DNA of 63,946 bases, filler included, from Reticulomyxa filosa (taxonomy: Eukaryota > Protista > Foraminifera), in the NCBI GenBank assembly GCA_000512085.1. It is 20 parts of 20 records of this genome, joined end to end, with 100 filler letters (N's around TTAATTAATTAA, not from the genome) between each part and the next. Parts side by side here need not be neighbours in the genome. Positions count along the whole stretch, not along the records: positions 38,438 to 40,832 come from ASPP01004057.1; positions 40,933 to 42,290 come from ASPP01024958.1; positions 42,391 to 43,576 come from ASPP01020673.1; positions 43,677 to 47,736 come from ASPP01023495.1; positions 47,837 to 54,234 come from ASPP01009736.1; 15 more parts are not named here. The stretch is one strand, 5' to 3'. The position numbers and the translations under genes are program-made. Under the pieces are notes generated by a model. The model searched no databases, was not told the DNA's origin, and saw only the letters and a program-made list of their open reading frames with translations. Of the stretch, positions 39,177-51,657 are shown one piece after another (the first letter of the stretch is position 1; every line of letters begins with the position of its first letter).

Positions 39177-40790
39177 TTAACTTTGCTTGTAAACAAGCTC
39201 TTGCCTGGGAATACTTTCAAGTTCTAACCACGACATGCTACTTTGTCTAACCAAATTCGAGTAACTGCCCATTCGAACGAAGGGGATTTCCTCCACAGAT
39301 GCTAAAGAGATTGCTCTAGAAGTATTACTGCCTTTGTCATTATTTTCGTTGGAGACTTCATCCCATAATTTTTTCACATATGGCAAGTCGCTTGCATTAA
39401 TTACTCCCTTTATCACGCAACCAAATATATTCCACACCTCTTTTACGTGTCCTTTTTCTGTCTCTTCTAATTCTTGACCTGATCCATTAGCCAATTCTTT
39501 CGATAATAGCAATTCTCGTATCACTCCAATAAACTCTTTCGTTATTTCTAATGACAAATATATGATGCAAAAAGAGGCATTAACGTATAAATGTATATAT
39601 ATATTTTTTGATGCAAAGGAAATGGATCACATTGTGCACAAACCTTCAGCAACTACCAATCCAGTTTGAACAAGGCATTCAAATAAAGCCGAAGCATAGA
39701 AAACAATTCGTGCATCTTCAGATTGGATACATTCTTGAGTTAATTCGATAATGCAATGATTAGCGAAGAGCCCTTACTTTTTGTGTTTGAAGACGCTGAC
39801 AAGTGTTCTAATTTTTGTTGACTTTCTTGTATCATCAAACGCAACAATTCCAATGACAGCGATCGGACTTCGCTGCTGCGATCAACCCGACGTGTTATCG
39901 GTCCCAATTGAATAGTCTCAATAAACTCAGTCCTTTTTTTTTTAAATTTAAATTTTAATATTTTTTTTTTTTTTGAACAACAAAAAAAAAATAGTATTTA
40001 ACTGATCCTTTGCTTCGTTTCAGTAATTTATCAACTAATAATGACCAATGATGGCTTTCACAACACTGAATGACAACACGAAGAAAGCGTAGAGCGGACT
40101 GAGATAAGTCCAAATCCTTGCTGACAATTAAGTCAATGACTTTTAGCATAAACTTTGTTTCCATTACATTATGTTTTGTTTGCCTTTCATTGTTGTCAGT
40201 GACAAGCAGCAACAGCCATTTGTTGTCTACCGTTGCGTTTGTGCTGTGATCAATAGTGGTCGTCAGGACTTCAGTAAACACGTCCAGACATATCTTCTGT
40301 TGCAAAGGCACTACGGAGTCAGTGATCCAAGACTGCAATAGCGCAGTTTCGATGGGACGCATTTCTGATTGCATTATCACCGATGATATCATATGCACAC
40401 ACTTCACACAAGTTAGCAAAACAGAAACAACAATACAAATATATATATATATGCATATATAATTAATTTTTTTTTTGTATCTATTTGCTTTCGTGTAATC
40501 GAAATTCGTATGAGAAAAATGCTAAATCAATATACAACAGAATTCTAGAGAAAAAACGTATATAGGCTAAGTATACGTTAACTGAATCATAATGAGTCAA
40601 AGCACGAACAATAGCCCAAGCGGAAACCTTTTCAAGCAACTCCACGGCAGAGCGATTTGACGGGTTAACACTGGTAAAAAACTATGAACCAAATGCAATC
40701 AAGCAATGATGTATGGTTTTGCTTGGTGAGGAGAGGGAAGAGCAAAGGGGGATTCCTTGATTTTTAAGTTGAGCCGGAAAACGATAAGGG
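39177..40790 (-). CDS. Hypothetical alpha-helical (ARM/HEAT-like) protein, multi-exon, 5' truncated
   Basis: Same-strand ORFs 39955..40419 and 39177..39557 with amphipathic L/V/I-rich helices, separated by intron-like segments. Exact boundaries uncertain. Confidence 0.45.
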
Positions 40791-40796
40791 AGGGAG

Positions 40797-40832
<36 letters not shown>

Positions 40833-42488
40833 NNNNNNNNNNNNNNNNNNNNNNNNNNNNNNNNNNNNNNNNNNNNTTAATTAATTAANNNNNNNNNNNN
40901 NNNNNNNNNNNNNNNNNNNNNNNNNNNNNNNNTTTTTTGAGCAGTCCAAATGTACATTGATCAAAATATCATATACTCTGAACTTTTGAAAAGTACAGCA
41001 AGTAACCTTTGTCAAACTTAACATACCAAGGTTAAAAGTTGAGTCGTTATTGTTTTTTTTACAAAAAGGACTTTGATTAAAACTTTTTACTCACCTTTAA
41101 AAGTTTTTGAGATACAAAAGAATGTTTTTTTTTTGTTTCTTTAATACTTGCACTCAATTCTTTACTTTTTCTTTGAGTGTCAGCGTTCTTTGTTTTACTA
41201 TCTATTTTCCATGACTATGAGTACCACTTTCAAATTATGTTTTTGTTTGAAACAAAAACGCCAAAGCAGAAGTTGTTTTACCAGCAGAATCGTCTACATT
41301 TTCAGAACTTTTTTTTAATGTTTAATGATATCTCGAGATATATGTTGTTCTGAAATAGCACATAGAAGAGCCAAATGAATACATGCTTCTGTAACGGTAC
41401 TGTGATTGAATCCAAAAATAGAAATTCTTCACGGTTGTACTATTCAATTGTTTAGTTTATCTTTTTCAAGCCCTACATCAGATTTAAAAGATTAAAATCG
41501 TTATTTCATTCATCAATAACTCAACAAAACCAAAGGAAAAAATTAAAAGCATGAGCCAATTAATTTGTTACGTTGTTTTAATATCAATATTGATAAAATT
41601 TGCTAGTTGTAATTTTTTGTTGCGCTTGTTTTAACAATTTTTTCATATATCGATTGAGTTAATTGATGTAAAAATATTTTGTGCGTGCTCATAAAAATTC
41701 AGATTTTAATTATTGATCAACAATTTCGCAGTGTTCAGTAGTACCAAGTTGATGAAACTAAATTTGATTTCTTTTCTTCCGTTTTTAAAAAAATTATTCA
41801 AAGGAATATATGAATAAATATACAAAATCTTACATTGTGGAATCGCTACAATCGAAGATAAAATGGAATCAACCGAGATAGGTGATTTATTTGTATTGAG
41901 ACAAGGTTGCATGATTGCAAGTTTAACTCTGGAATTACTATGCATTGTGGTGACAGCCAAGAAGATATGAACTTTCAACTGTACAAATGTTATCGTGAAT
42001 GGAGCAATTTTGTATTACTATCATTCGATGATGAATTCGAAGCCAAGTGTTTTAAAACAACGTCAATACAAAAACTCACATAAACTTTATTAAATCTATA
42101 AGTAGCATGCAACAGTAATTGCATCATATTAAAAAATAATTTTTTTTGATATACGTAAAAATACAAACGTTTTTGTTTGCACACTATCAAAAAAAAAGAA
42201 AATTAAAAAAAAGATTGAAACCAAACTTCATCAGGTCTTTGATTACTTTGCATGAGAAAAATGCAAAATTTTGCATATATTCCATTTGCCNNNNNNNNNN
42301 NNNNNNNNNNNNNNNNNNNNNNNNNNNNNNNNNNTTAATTAATTAANNNNNNNNNNNNNNNNNNNNNNNNNNNNNNNNNNNNNNNNNNNNTTATTTTAAA
42401 ATACACTCTGTTTTATACATATACATATATATATGTACGTATAATATATATACATATATATATAAAATAGAGTAAAAAAAAAAAAAAG

Positions 42489-43189
42489 TTAGAGCCTGCA
42501 GGTAGCATCATCAAAAGGAGGTAGTCCTTTAGGCGTGCTAACACGTCGAATATAGTCGTGCTGTTTTTCCATTTCGCCGGGGCCGTAGCGAACGCCATCG
42601 ACATGACAACGAATGAACTCCATTTTGTTTTGAGTGAGAGTGCCAGTTTTGTCGCTGAAGATGAAGCTGATCTGGCCGAGTTCCTCGTTGAGATTGGACG
42701 TGCGCGCCTGAGCATAGACATCTTCATTGTCATCGTTGACACACTTCATATGTTTGTCCTGGTTGATGAGCCACGCCTGAGTGAACTTGACGAGCTCCAT
42801 GCTGACGTAGAGTGAGATGGGTACGAACACGTCGAGCAGGACGAGGAAAGTGAAGTAATTGAGAAGCGCAAGCTGACCAAAGTGCGTGACATTGTGTCCG
42901 TTTTTTCTTAACATATTGATACCATTGATGGTTGGCATTGTCGTGCAGCCAAATGTAATACGCGATCACTCCAAACAGACACCACGCGGCTTGCAGCAGA
43001 AAGATCACATACAGCGCACTGTCCACCGTCAGGTCCACGTTGCTGCGCTTGAAACCACGCGACTTGTTGTTCAGCATCAGCTTGCTCTCGCTGCCAGTGA
43101 AGATCACCATGGCAATGATCCAGTCGGTATTTCGCAATGTGCAGCCGCGCAATAACATTTGGTTCATTCCAAGAGATACTCCATCATCA

Positions 43190-43224
<35 letters not shown>

Positions 43225-43525
43225 TGATCTTCCAAAGTATAGCGTGCCATTCCAACTCGACTTGTCCATCTTCTCGTTCGGTGCTTCCGAGATCAACTCA
43301 AAGTCCACCTTCGGGTTCGACGGGTAGTCGTCGCCGCTCGCGTCGCATGCCAGCGAATGCGTCGCACTTACTGCCTGCTTTATCTTCAGGTTCGTTTCCC
43401 CGTCCAAATTCGCCGTCTCGATATTGCACAGTCCTTGGTTTGTTGATGACTGCAGCAGCACCAGGTCGGCGGGGAATGCCGGGTCTTTCTTTGTCACTTT
43501 TACAATATCACCTACTTCGATATCC
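42489..43525 (-). CDS. P4-type ATPase (phospholipid flippase), internal fragment
   Basis: FPADLVLL, ETANLDGETNLK, LLRGCTLRNT, VPISLYVSME, ARTSNLNEELGQI..IFSDKTGTLTQN (phosphorylation motif). Frameshift in an A-run near 42905. Confidence 0.95.
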
Positions 43526-43676
43526 TTTTTTTTTTTTTTTTTTTTTTAAAAAATTTCCCCCTTTTTTTTTTTTTTTNNNNNNNNNNNNNNNNNNNNNNNN
43601 NNNNNNNNNNNNNNNNNNNNTTAATTAATTAANNNNNNNNNNNNNNNNNNNNNNNNNNNNNNNNNNNNNNNNNNNN

Positions 43677-44263
43677 AGAAGAAGAAGACGAAGAAGTAGA
43701 AAGAGGAAGAGGTGGTGATTGCATCGTGTGAAGAACAAATGGCATCTTCTTCACGATCATTGGTGGTTTGGTGGGATGCTTTGGCCTGCTTTCTTGACTG
43801 GCCATTGGCATTGAAAGCCGATTTTCCGAAATCAAGTGAGTCGTATGTTCGACAGTGGCGTCGACAAGCGTCAAGCCCGGAGGAGGAGGAGGAGGAGGAG
43901 GAGGTAACAGCGAACAATGGATGTCCACGAGTGGTTGCTCCTTCTTATCTTCTTCCAGTGAAGCAAAGGTGGCAGAGTGATGGCCTTGCACAAAGCAATG
44001 ATCGGTAGTGTTGGTGGGGATCAAGGATGATTGACCTGACGAATAAGGAGGCTTTAGTTTCTGTGATGGTGGAGGTGGAGGTGGAGGTGTTGGCTCGACA
44101 TTGTCAAGAGCCTGTGGCGTCTTTACCATCGTCGCCATTGTTGTTGCCATCGCACTCGTTGACATTACAAGCGTGGTCGCAGGTGTGGTGGCCGCGGTGT
44201 TAGTGGTACTACTCGGGGCAGTGACATCTGCAGTTACTGCAGTCGATGCTGTCGTCGTTGTCG

Positions 44264-44300
<37 letters not shown>

Positions 44301-47300
44301 CGACGTCGCTGCCGACAAAGGAAGCGGTGAACGTTGCGTTTTAACTTGCTTGGCTCTCATTGCCCACACATTTTGGACCGTGCCGTTTGCAGATGTCGTC
44401 AAGTTGGTGGTTTTGGATGATTTCTTGATTGTGTGAATGCTGATCTTGGGAGGCAACGCGGACGTCAATGACGATATTGTAATATTTGAAGGAAAAGAAG
44501 AAGTGTCATCACTTTTATGCGGGACATGAGAAGAGGAAGATTTATATTTAGACGCATGAATAGGCATGGGAACAGAAGCAGAAGGAAATGACGATTTGTG
44601 TGCATTGGACTTCCATTGCAATTGAAACAAAGATAAAATGTCTCTGGTTTCTTTTTCGTCCAATCGACGGATACGATTGCCATCCTTAAACATGTGCTTG
44701 AAACACATTTCTTGCAACGGCTTGAAATTGTAGACAATGCGAAAAGGGATTTGAGCAGGGAATGGCGTGCACGCCTGAAGAGATTTGCTTTTACACCAGG
44801 CCTTTGGATTCAAGTTTTCTCCTCCTTGACCAGTGGCCTGATATACTCCTTGCAAAGTGTGATGACTCAGATTGAACAATAGCAAGGCGCTTGTCTCAGG
44901 ACGCAAGGATTTGATCATAGCCAAGTATTGCTTTGGCAATCCCAACAATTGGATTTCAAGAGATTCTTTATACGTTTCATTGGTGCAAATGAACATCATT
45001 CCATCTTTGAATTTGTTCATTGTTACCAATGCTTGTCTTTCTCGCTGATCAACTGTCTCTTCGTCGTGTTCTTGTTCTGTCTCGTCATTTGTCGTCTTTT
45101 TTTTTTTCTCATTTTTTGGATTTTGGATTGCCTTTTTTTTTTATTGTTATTATTGCTGTCATTCTTGTTCTTGTTGCTCGGATCAAAACAAGCTGTCTTT
45201 TCATCACTGTTACTGGCATTGATGATTTTCTTTTTATTCGATGTTGTTTTTTCAGCAGCGCCATTCGAAATGAATCCGTTCATGTCTTTGTCATTGTGAC
45301 CTGAAGCATTACGTTTATGCGGTGTGGTGTTGGCGGTGACTGTGGTCGTCATCGTCATCATCGTTGTCGTCATCGTCGTTGTTGTTGTCGTCGTAGTAGT
45401 GGTGGTGGTCGCTGTCGCCGTGGTTTCTTCGCTTGCATTGCTGGAGACACTTGAACCTCTTCCATAATTTGTTTTCACTTGCTTGCCATTGGCAAGCGAT
45501 CTTCTCTTTTCCGATTCCATGGTATTTACTGGCGGTGCTGGCGTTTTGACGGACACGTGGGCCAAGTGGTTCGTCAGGTCGTGCTTGTGATGTGCAATCC
45601 CCGTCTTATCTGTCATCGATGATGATTCATCTTCGTATTCTTTGAGTTCGTCCGTTTCCGATTTTGATTTCTTCATCTGGCATTCGCTATCACTGCTAAG
45701 CCAATCTTTTTCATTTTTCAGTTCGTTGTCTTTGTGTTTGTGGTATTCTCGTGGACTGACACTTACACTGTCATTGTTCTCATTATCATTGCCATTGCCA
45801 TTGCTATTGTTATTGTTATTACTATTGTTATTGTTATTGTTATTGTTATTGCCATTGGTATGATCATTGTCACTATCACCATCACTGTCACTGTTACTGT
45901 CACTATCATTGTTACTATCATTGTTACTATCATTATTACTATCACTATTACTAGTACTATCGCTGTCATTATCACTTGCTCTTTCTCGATTTGGAAACGT
46001 TTGTTTTAGTCGCTTATTTATCCGAGATTTATTGCCATTCGCATTTTTAATCGACTTTTGCTTGCCTTCACTAGGCTTGGACGTGGTCGATACATTGTTC
46101 AATGCATGCTTTATGTTCGGATTGGCTTTTTTACTGTTATTACTGCCATTGCTATTGTTGTTTGCAACGTGGGATATCGTCTTCTTTTTCACCGTCCCAT
46201 TGGATTGCTTTTTTTTGGATATTTGATGAGTCGATTTGTTGGCCGCTTTGCCATTTGCTTTCTTTTTGTTTTGACGCAAAAGCGAATCTCGTTGCAACTC
46301 TCTTTCCAATTCCAAGCGAGCGACTTGAGTTTTGCTTTCTTTCACAAAGTGACTGTACGCAATAGCAATTTTGCGAGCAAATTCGCATAGCACGACATTT
46401 TCCAACATATCACGTCCACATCGTTCCCACTCTTTATTTTTTTCATGAATCGATAGTTCTTTGGTTAAGCTGGAGGACTTGCAGTCGTTCCATAAAGGCT
46501 TGGGTTCATTGATTTGTCCGGTCAATGCATATTGCTTGAACTTGTTCATTTCAATTTTGAAGCAAGGATACGACGACGATGATGATAGTGATGACTCTAT
46601 GGAGACATTTGCCGAGGGCCGCAATGGCACCAACACCGCATTTAAAATATCTTGTAACACATGTTCCATCACATGCTTTTCAATAAGATCGTCGCAAACA
46701 GTGACAGTGGAGGAAGCGCCATCTACAAACACCAACAAGTCATTCTTAAATGATTGCTTTGTGTAGTTGCACAATGCCGCGCGTAGCATTTCCCATTGAG
46801 ACGAGCACGTCAAAATGTCATTCAGTTCTTCCAATTGCATTTCTGTCAGTTTCCATTTTTCATTCATACTCAGGCGTTGCCAAAAATCGCTCAGTTCAAA
46901 ACTGTTGCGAAATTCCAATGTCCTCAATTCTTTGTCCACACTTTGAATTATTTGTATATATTTGCTTGTATTTATATATATATGTATATATATATATATA
47001 CATATATGTATATATGTATATGCATATATGGATATGTCAAACAAAAACACATTGGGTTTGCTTGTTTGGAATAACTCATCGTCTTGACAATAGGGTTGAT
47101 TTTTTTGGTGATTTTTTCGCTTATTTTGTAAATGCTTGGCCAACAATTGCTTTCGAGTATTGCGAGTGGACTTGCGCGCGTTGAGCGAAGACGAGGAATG
47201 AGCAGACGACTCCAATTGGTCGTCAAAGAATTGTAGCTTGAATCGCAACGGCACTTGACGATCTGGGATGCACTCGTCACAAAAACACAGGGACACATTG

Positions 47301-47617
47301 TCGTTTGTTTTGGTATGCGTGTGTGGATTTTTTTTCAACAATGTCTTGCTTATCGTGACAAGCTTCTTAAATGTCACTCGAATCCTCTCTGTCGTCAATT
47401 CGCTTCGATCCGGCAATGCTATGTTCCAGTAGCTGTCCACAACCTCAAAGTCATGCAAGTATTGATGGCGATTTAACGTGTTTGGAGAGCAAAACATCTT
47501 TCGTTTCTCCCAAAAGGAGTGCTTAAAAATGTGGCTTGCAATTATGTCGATCATTGCATTCCATACATGAACCTGACTGCTTCGAACGCTTATGCCCAGT
47601 CGGGTGGATTGCTCCAA
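43677..47617 (-). CDS. Nst1/GGNBP2-like N-terminal region + low-complexity linker + DCD domain (both ends truncated)
   Basis: DCD motifs GMMFICTNET..LLGLP..LLLFN..LQGVYQA..GENLNPKAW..FPAQI (~45000-44630). Upstream FWQRLS and GRDMLE..FARKIAIAY..LELE resemble Nst1-family motifs. The two ORFs join with one frameshift in an A-run near 45100-45140. TA-rich intron at ~47055-46947. Confidence 0.7.
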
Positions 47618-47879
47618 TTTGAACAGCTTTTACGTTGGAAAGCACAAGTGCAAGTGTAAAAACATATACATATTAATGTATATAAATATATAAATATATA
47701 AAACATAAAAAAAAAAAAAAAAACACTTGATGAAATNNNNNNNNNNNNNNNNNNNNNNNNNNNNNNNNNNNNNNNNNNNNTTAATTAATTAANNNNNNNN
47801 NNNNNNNNNNNNNNNNNNNNNNNNNNNNNNNNNNNNTATATATATATATATATATATATGTATATACATATACACGTAC

Positions 47880-48777
47880 CAAATAAAAACGATTGTTTAG
47901 AAAAGATTCATAAATATGCGGCAGCACGTGGAACTTGTCACATGTTCCATCATTAAAATTATGATGACTTTTTGACCAACACAGATACTCCTTTTTTTTT
48001 TTTTATTTACATATGTTTATATATGCATATATGTATATGCCTTTGTTAGTGCCTCCATCTTTCCCTCTCAAATAAGTCTGTCAAAGAATGGGACATTTAA
48101 GTGATAGATGAAGTGCTCTTGGATTTTAAAGCGTTGAATTTCGTCACGGAAATCATGAAGAAATGGCATTTCACTAATGCGATGCACTTTGATTCTCCAC
48201 ATTTTTTTATTTTGCAAACCGAACATGTTGATTAACATGTCAGTGATACTGACATATGTCATTCCAGTCGCTCCGAAATTACTTCCCATTAGTGCGGTCA
48301 TTACTCTATCTGCGGCACTCTTTTGATTTTATATACATATACATATACGTATACGTCATTTTTTTTTTATTTTTTTTTTTATTTTAAAAGAAAACACGTA
48401 TACGCAATATCAACCATTGAGGGCAGCATGTCCTATTCGAAAGGAACATTGCACGTGTGCATGTAAATCTGAAACAAACAAGCAAAATTTGATTGTTGTC
48501 ATACCTTGTAGGTTTCTACCGGTAAGTGTAACAGCTGACAATTATTGTCGTGTACACTGACCTTGGAACAAAAATCGGATATCTTTATTGTTGTTATTGT
48601 TATTGTTGTTGTTTTTTAAATAGCAACATTTTATCTTCTGATCCTTTTTTTTTTTAACGTCTGGCAGACACTCCACTACGTTATCTCTGCGCTATTCGAA
48701 GTTTTATGGATGTATGAAAAGGGAAGTGGAGAACATATGAACTTTTCACTTGCTTTATTAGTTAGTTTTCTATGGCA

Positions 48778-48811
<34 letters not shown>

Positions 48812-49018
48812 AGTCCCAGACAAAGGATGCAGCCTAACAGAGTAAAAATAAAAGTGGTACAGTCTAAGATCGGAACGGGTTGGCGGCTTTTCTTTGTACC
48901 TTTGAAACCATGTGTCTTCAAACGTTTCCCAGAAACAAAGTGGGACCGAGACCTCATCTCTTGAAAAAGCTTCAAGAAATAATTCTAAAAATTTTTCTCC
49001 GATATACTTTTTTGACAT
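47880..49018 (-). CDS. Hypothetical multi-exon protein, divergent from the RCC1 gene
   Basis: ATG at 49018 (MSKKYIGEKFLELF..) and several short coding-like exons between AT-rich introns; no family recognised. Confidence 0.4.
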
Positions 49019-49311
49019 GGAGACAATGAACGTTCTACCTTTTAGCTCAAGTTTGAACTGTGCCCACCACACTGCCGACCAGCAGTGCTATAATTATGAT
49101 TTTAAACGCGTTTATTCTCTGATTCTATACTGAATTTACTATTTTCAATTGGTTTGAGCTGTACAACTTAACTTTGAAACTGTAATGAAGGGTTAACCCT
49201 CTGTCGAAAACAAGAAAAAGTCTTGTAAATTGCAAAAACATTGAAAAACGGAGAAATTTGCATTTTCCTTTTCCATTCTTCCTCTAAATACTCTTTTTTT
49301 TGTGGTAAAAG

Positions 49312-51657
49312 ATGAGTGATCCCAAAAAACACAAAACTACAACGGGTCTGGCTGGCACGACTTGTGTGTGTGGCGTTGGAGATAATGAAAGTGGTCAGCT
49401 TGGTGTCGAAGACATTTCTTGCCAACGTTTGAAGAAAATATTTACACCACCAAGCTCAACACGAGTGAAACAAATAGCGATAGGCTATCACTTTACGCTT
49501 ATTTTGTGTGAAGACAATCGCATTTTTAGTAGTGGACGCAATACCTATGGTCAACCGTTGTGCAACAAACACAAAACGCTCTTTTTATTTTGAACTTTGT
49601 TTTGTTTTTCTTTTGTCTGACTTGTACGTGCCAAATATCAAAAAGAATTTTCTTTTCCTCTCCCCCCCCCCCTCCCTTTTCACAGATGCGTGCCCCTTTT
49701 TTTTTTTGTTATTAATAAAAAATAAACAACGATTAGGCCAACTGGGTTTGCAAAATGACATAACACAAGAGAGTTGGGCAGAGTGTGATTTCTTTGTAAA
49801 GAATGATTTAAAAGTAGTGTCTCTTTGCACGAGTCCTTTTGCGTTAATGAGTGCTTTGCCTTAAAAGCAAAAGTGTACGTATGTAATTTTTTTTTTTGTT
49901 ATTAAAAAGAAGGGGGGACACCACGTGCAGATATCACATTATTAAACATAGTGATCATACTTATGCCATTGTCGAAAATGATTATATCTATGGCTGGGGC
50001 AACAACAAACACGTATTACTTTTTTTTGTTTGTTTGTTTCAAAAAAAGAAGGAAATGCTGGGCATGAAAATAAAATGACAAAAAAAAAAAAGGGACAATT
50101 GGGATTAGGTGATGAGCGGAAAAGAGTTGTTCCAACTCCAAATCTATTTTTTAAACCAGGGAGTGTGATCCAAGTAGCATGTTCGGATTCCTTCACACTA
50201 TTTTTGGAAGGTTGAAATTGTGCTCTTGACTGTATCCGTGCATATTGTTTTGATTGATAACCCAACCTCCCTTTTCGTAAGTAGTAGTAGCGTGCAATAT
50301 TTCGATGTTTGGTTTTGTGCACACAATATCGACAAAAAAAAAAAATAAAAATAAAAAAGAAAGTCAAAAAAAAGAAGTGGTTATGAAAGTACTCAGTTAC
50401 TGGTGTATATTGGATGACATTTACTTGCCATCGGAATTAATCCCTATCATTTTTTTCTATTTCAGTTTTGTGACGTGTCATAATGCTACAGCAGCAAACA
50501 AGAGGGGTTCGATAATTTTACAACAAAAACAAACAAACAAACAAACAAAAACTGGTTGGATTGACAAGGACATACTGTGGTTTACTCATGTGGGAGTGAC
50601 CGATATGGCAGTTTGGGATTGAAGACGGATCTTCATATGACCCCTCAATTCATTGAAGATTTAAGTCATTTGTCCATTGTCAAGATTGCTTGTGGGGAAT
50701 TTCATTCATGCGTTGTTGACTGTTAATTAACCCTTTTTGCAAATAAGAAAGCAATAAAGTGAAACTAACAAAAAAAAGTATATTTGTATATGCATATGTT
50801 TCCCCCTTTGTTTTTTTTAACCTGTTTCATCATTTAGCAAACGGAGATTTATATTCATTTGGATTCAATCGACACGGCCAGTTTGGAATTGGTGTTACTG
50901 TTGAGAATAAAAACAAATGTTATAATCTCTCTTGGGTGAAAAACACAGATTGTAAACGGGGAGGGGGGGGGGGAAGGAGAAGGGAAAAAAAAGAGTGTTA
51001 AAAAAAAAATGTATACATTTGAAAATCACAATAAAGGATGAAGAATCGCATAGCGTGACATTGTGTCAATACTTTCGCGATCACAAAATCAAAATTGTTG
51101 ATATTGGATGTGGGTCAGAGTTTGTATGTGCACTTGATGATCGACGGAGGCTGTATTGTTTTGGTGACGCCAGTTGCCAACAAACACCAGTTTCGCAAAA
51201 TAGCTCTGAGCCTAATTGCCCTACTCCGGTTTGTTTGCTTGATGCTGTCAATTTTATCCAATTTAGGTTATTGTAGCATTAAACTTTTGACAGAACAACA
51301 GAGAGAGAACAGAGGGGAGAAACAGATCGGAAAAGTCATCATTGTAATTATAACCAAAAACAAAAGTAAGTATAAAAAAAAATGAAAATGAAAATAAACA
51401 GTTGTGGATATTATCATGGAATGGCAATCGATGATGAATACCAAGTATATACATGGGGTTCAAATCATTCCAAAGAGTCACAAATGAATGTGACTCAAGC
51501 TCAAAAAGGAAAAATGTATATTCAATCACAATTTTGGGATACTTATCTGTGCTATAATGACACTACATCCTCTATTTTTCCAATACAAGTTTGTGCTGGT
51601 ACACACTATTCTATTATTGTACATGCACATGTACCAATCGGTCACTTCGCCATCTGA
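49312..51657 (+). CDS. RCC1-repeat (RLD) beta-propeller protein with an internal helical module exon
   Basis: Repeats GDNESGQLG, IAIGYHFTL..GRNTYGQLG, GWGNNKHGQLG, IACGEFHS..SFGFNRHGQFG, IGCGSEF, CGYYHGMAI..YTWGSN, VCAGTHYS, joined by multiple phase-compatible introns. Confidence 0.9.

Noticed and set aside
45642-46226. Hydrophobic poly-L/I/V ORFs (also 44101-44436, 32168-32853, 43040-43628) as membrane proteins
   Set aside because: They are antisense or alternate-frame readings of trinucleotide and hexanucleotide low-complexity tracts (poly-N/S/D/T) in real genes.
7756-47617. Programmed frameshifting or stop-codon reassignment as the explanation for broken ORFs
   Set aside because: Intact genes end in ordinary TAA or TGA. 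Breaks resolve as GT-AG introns or homopolymer indels of either sign with no shared slippery motif.
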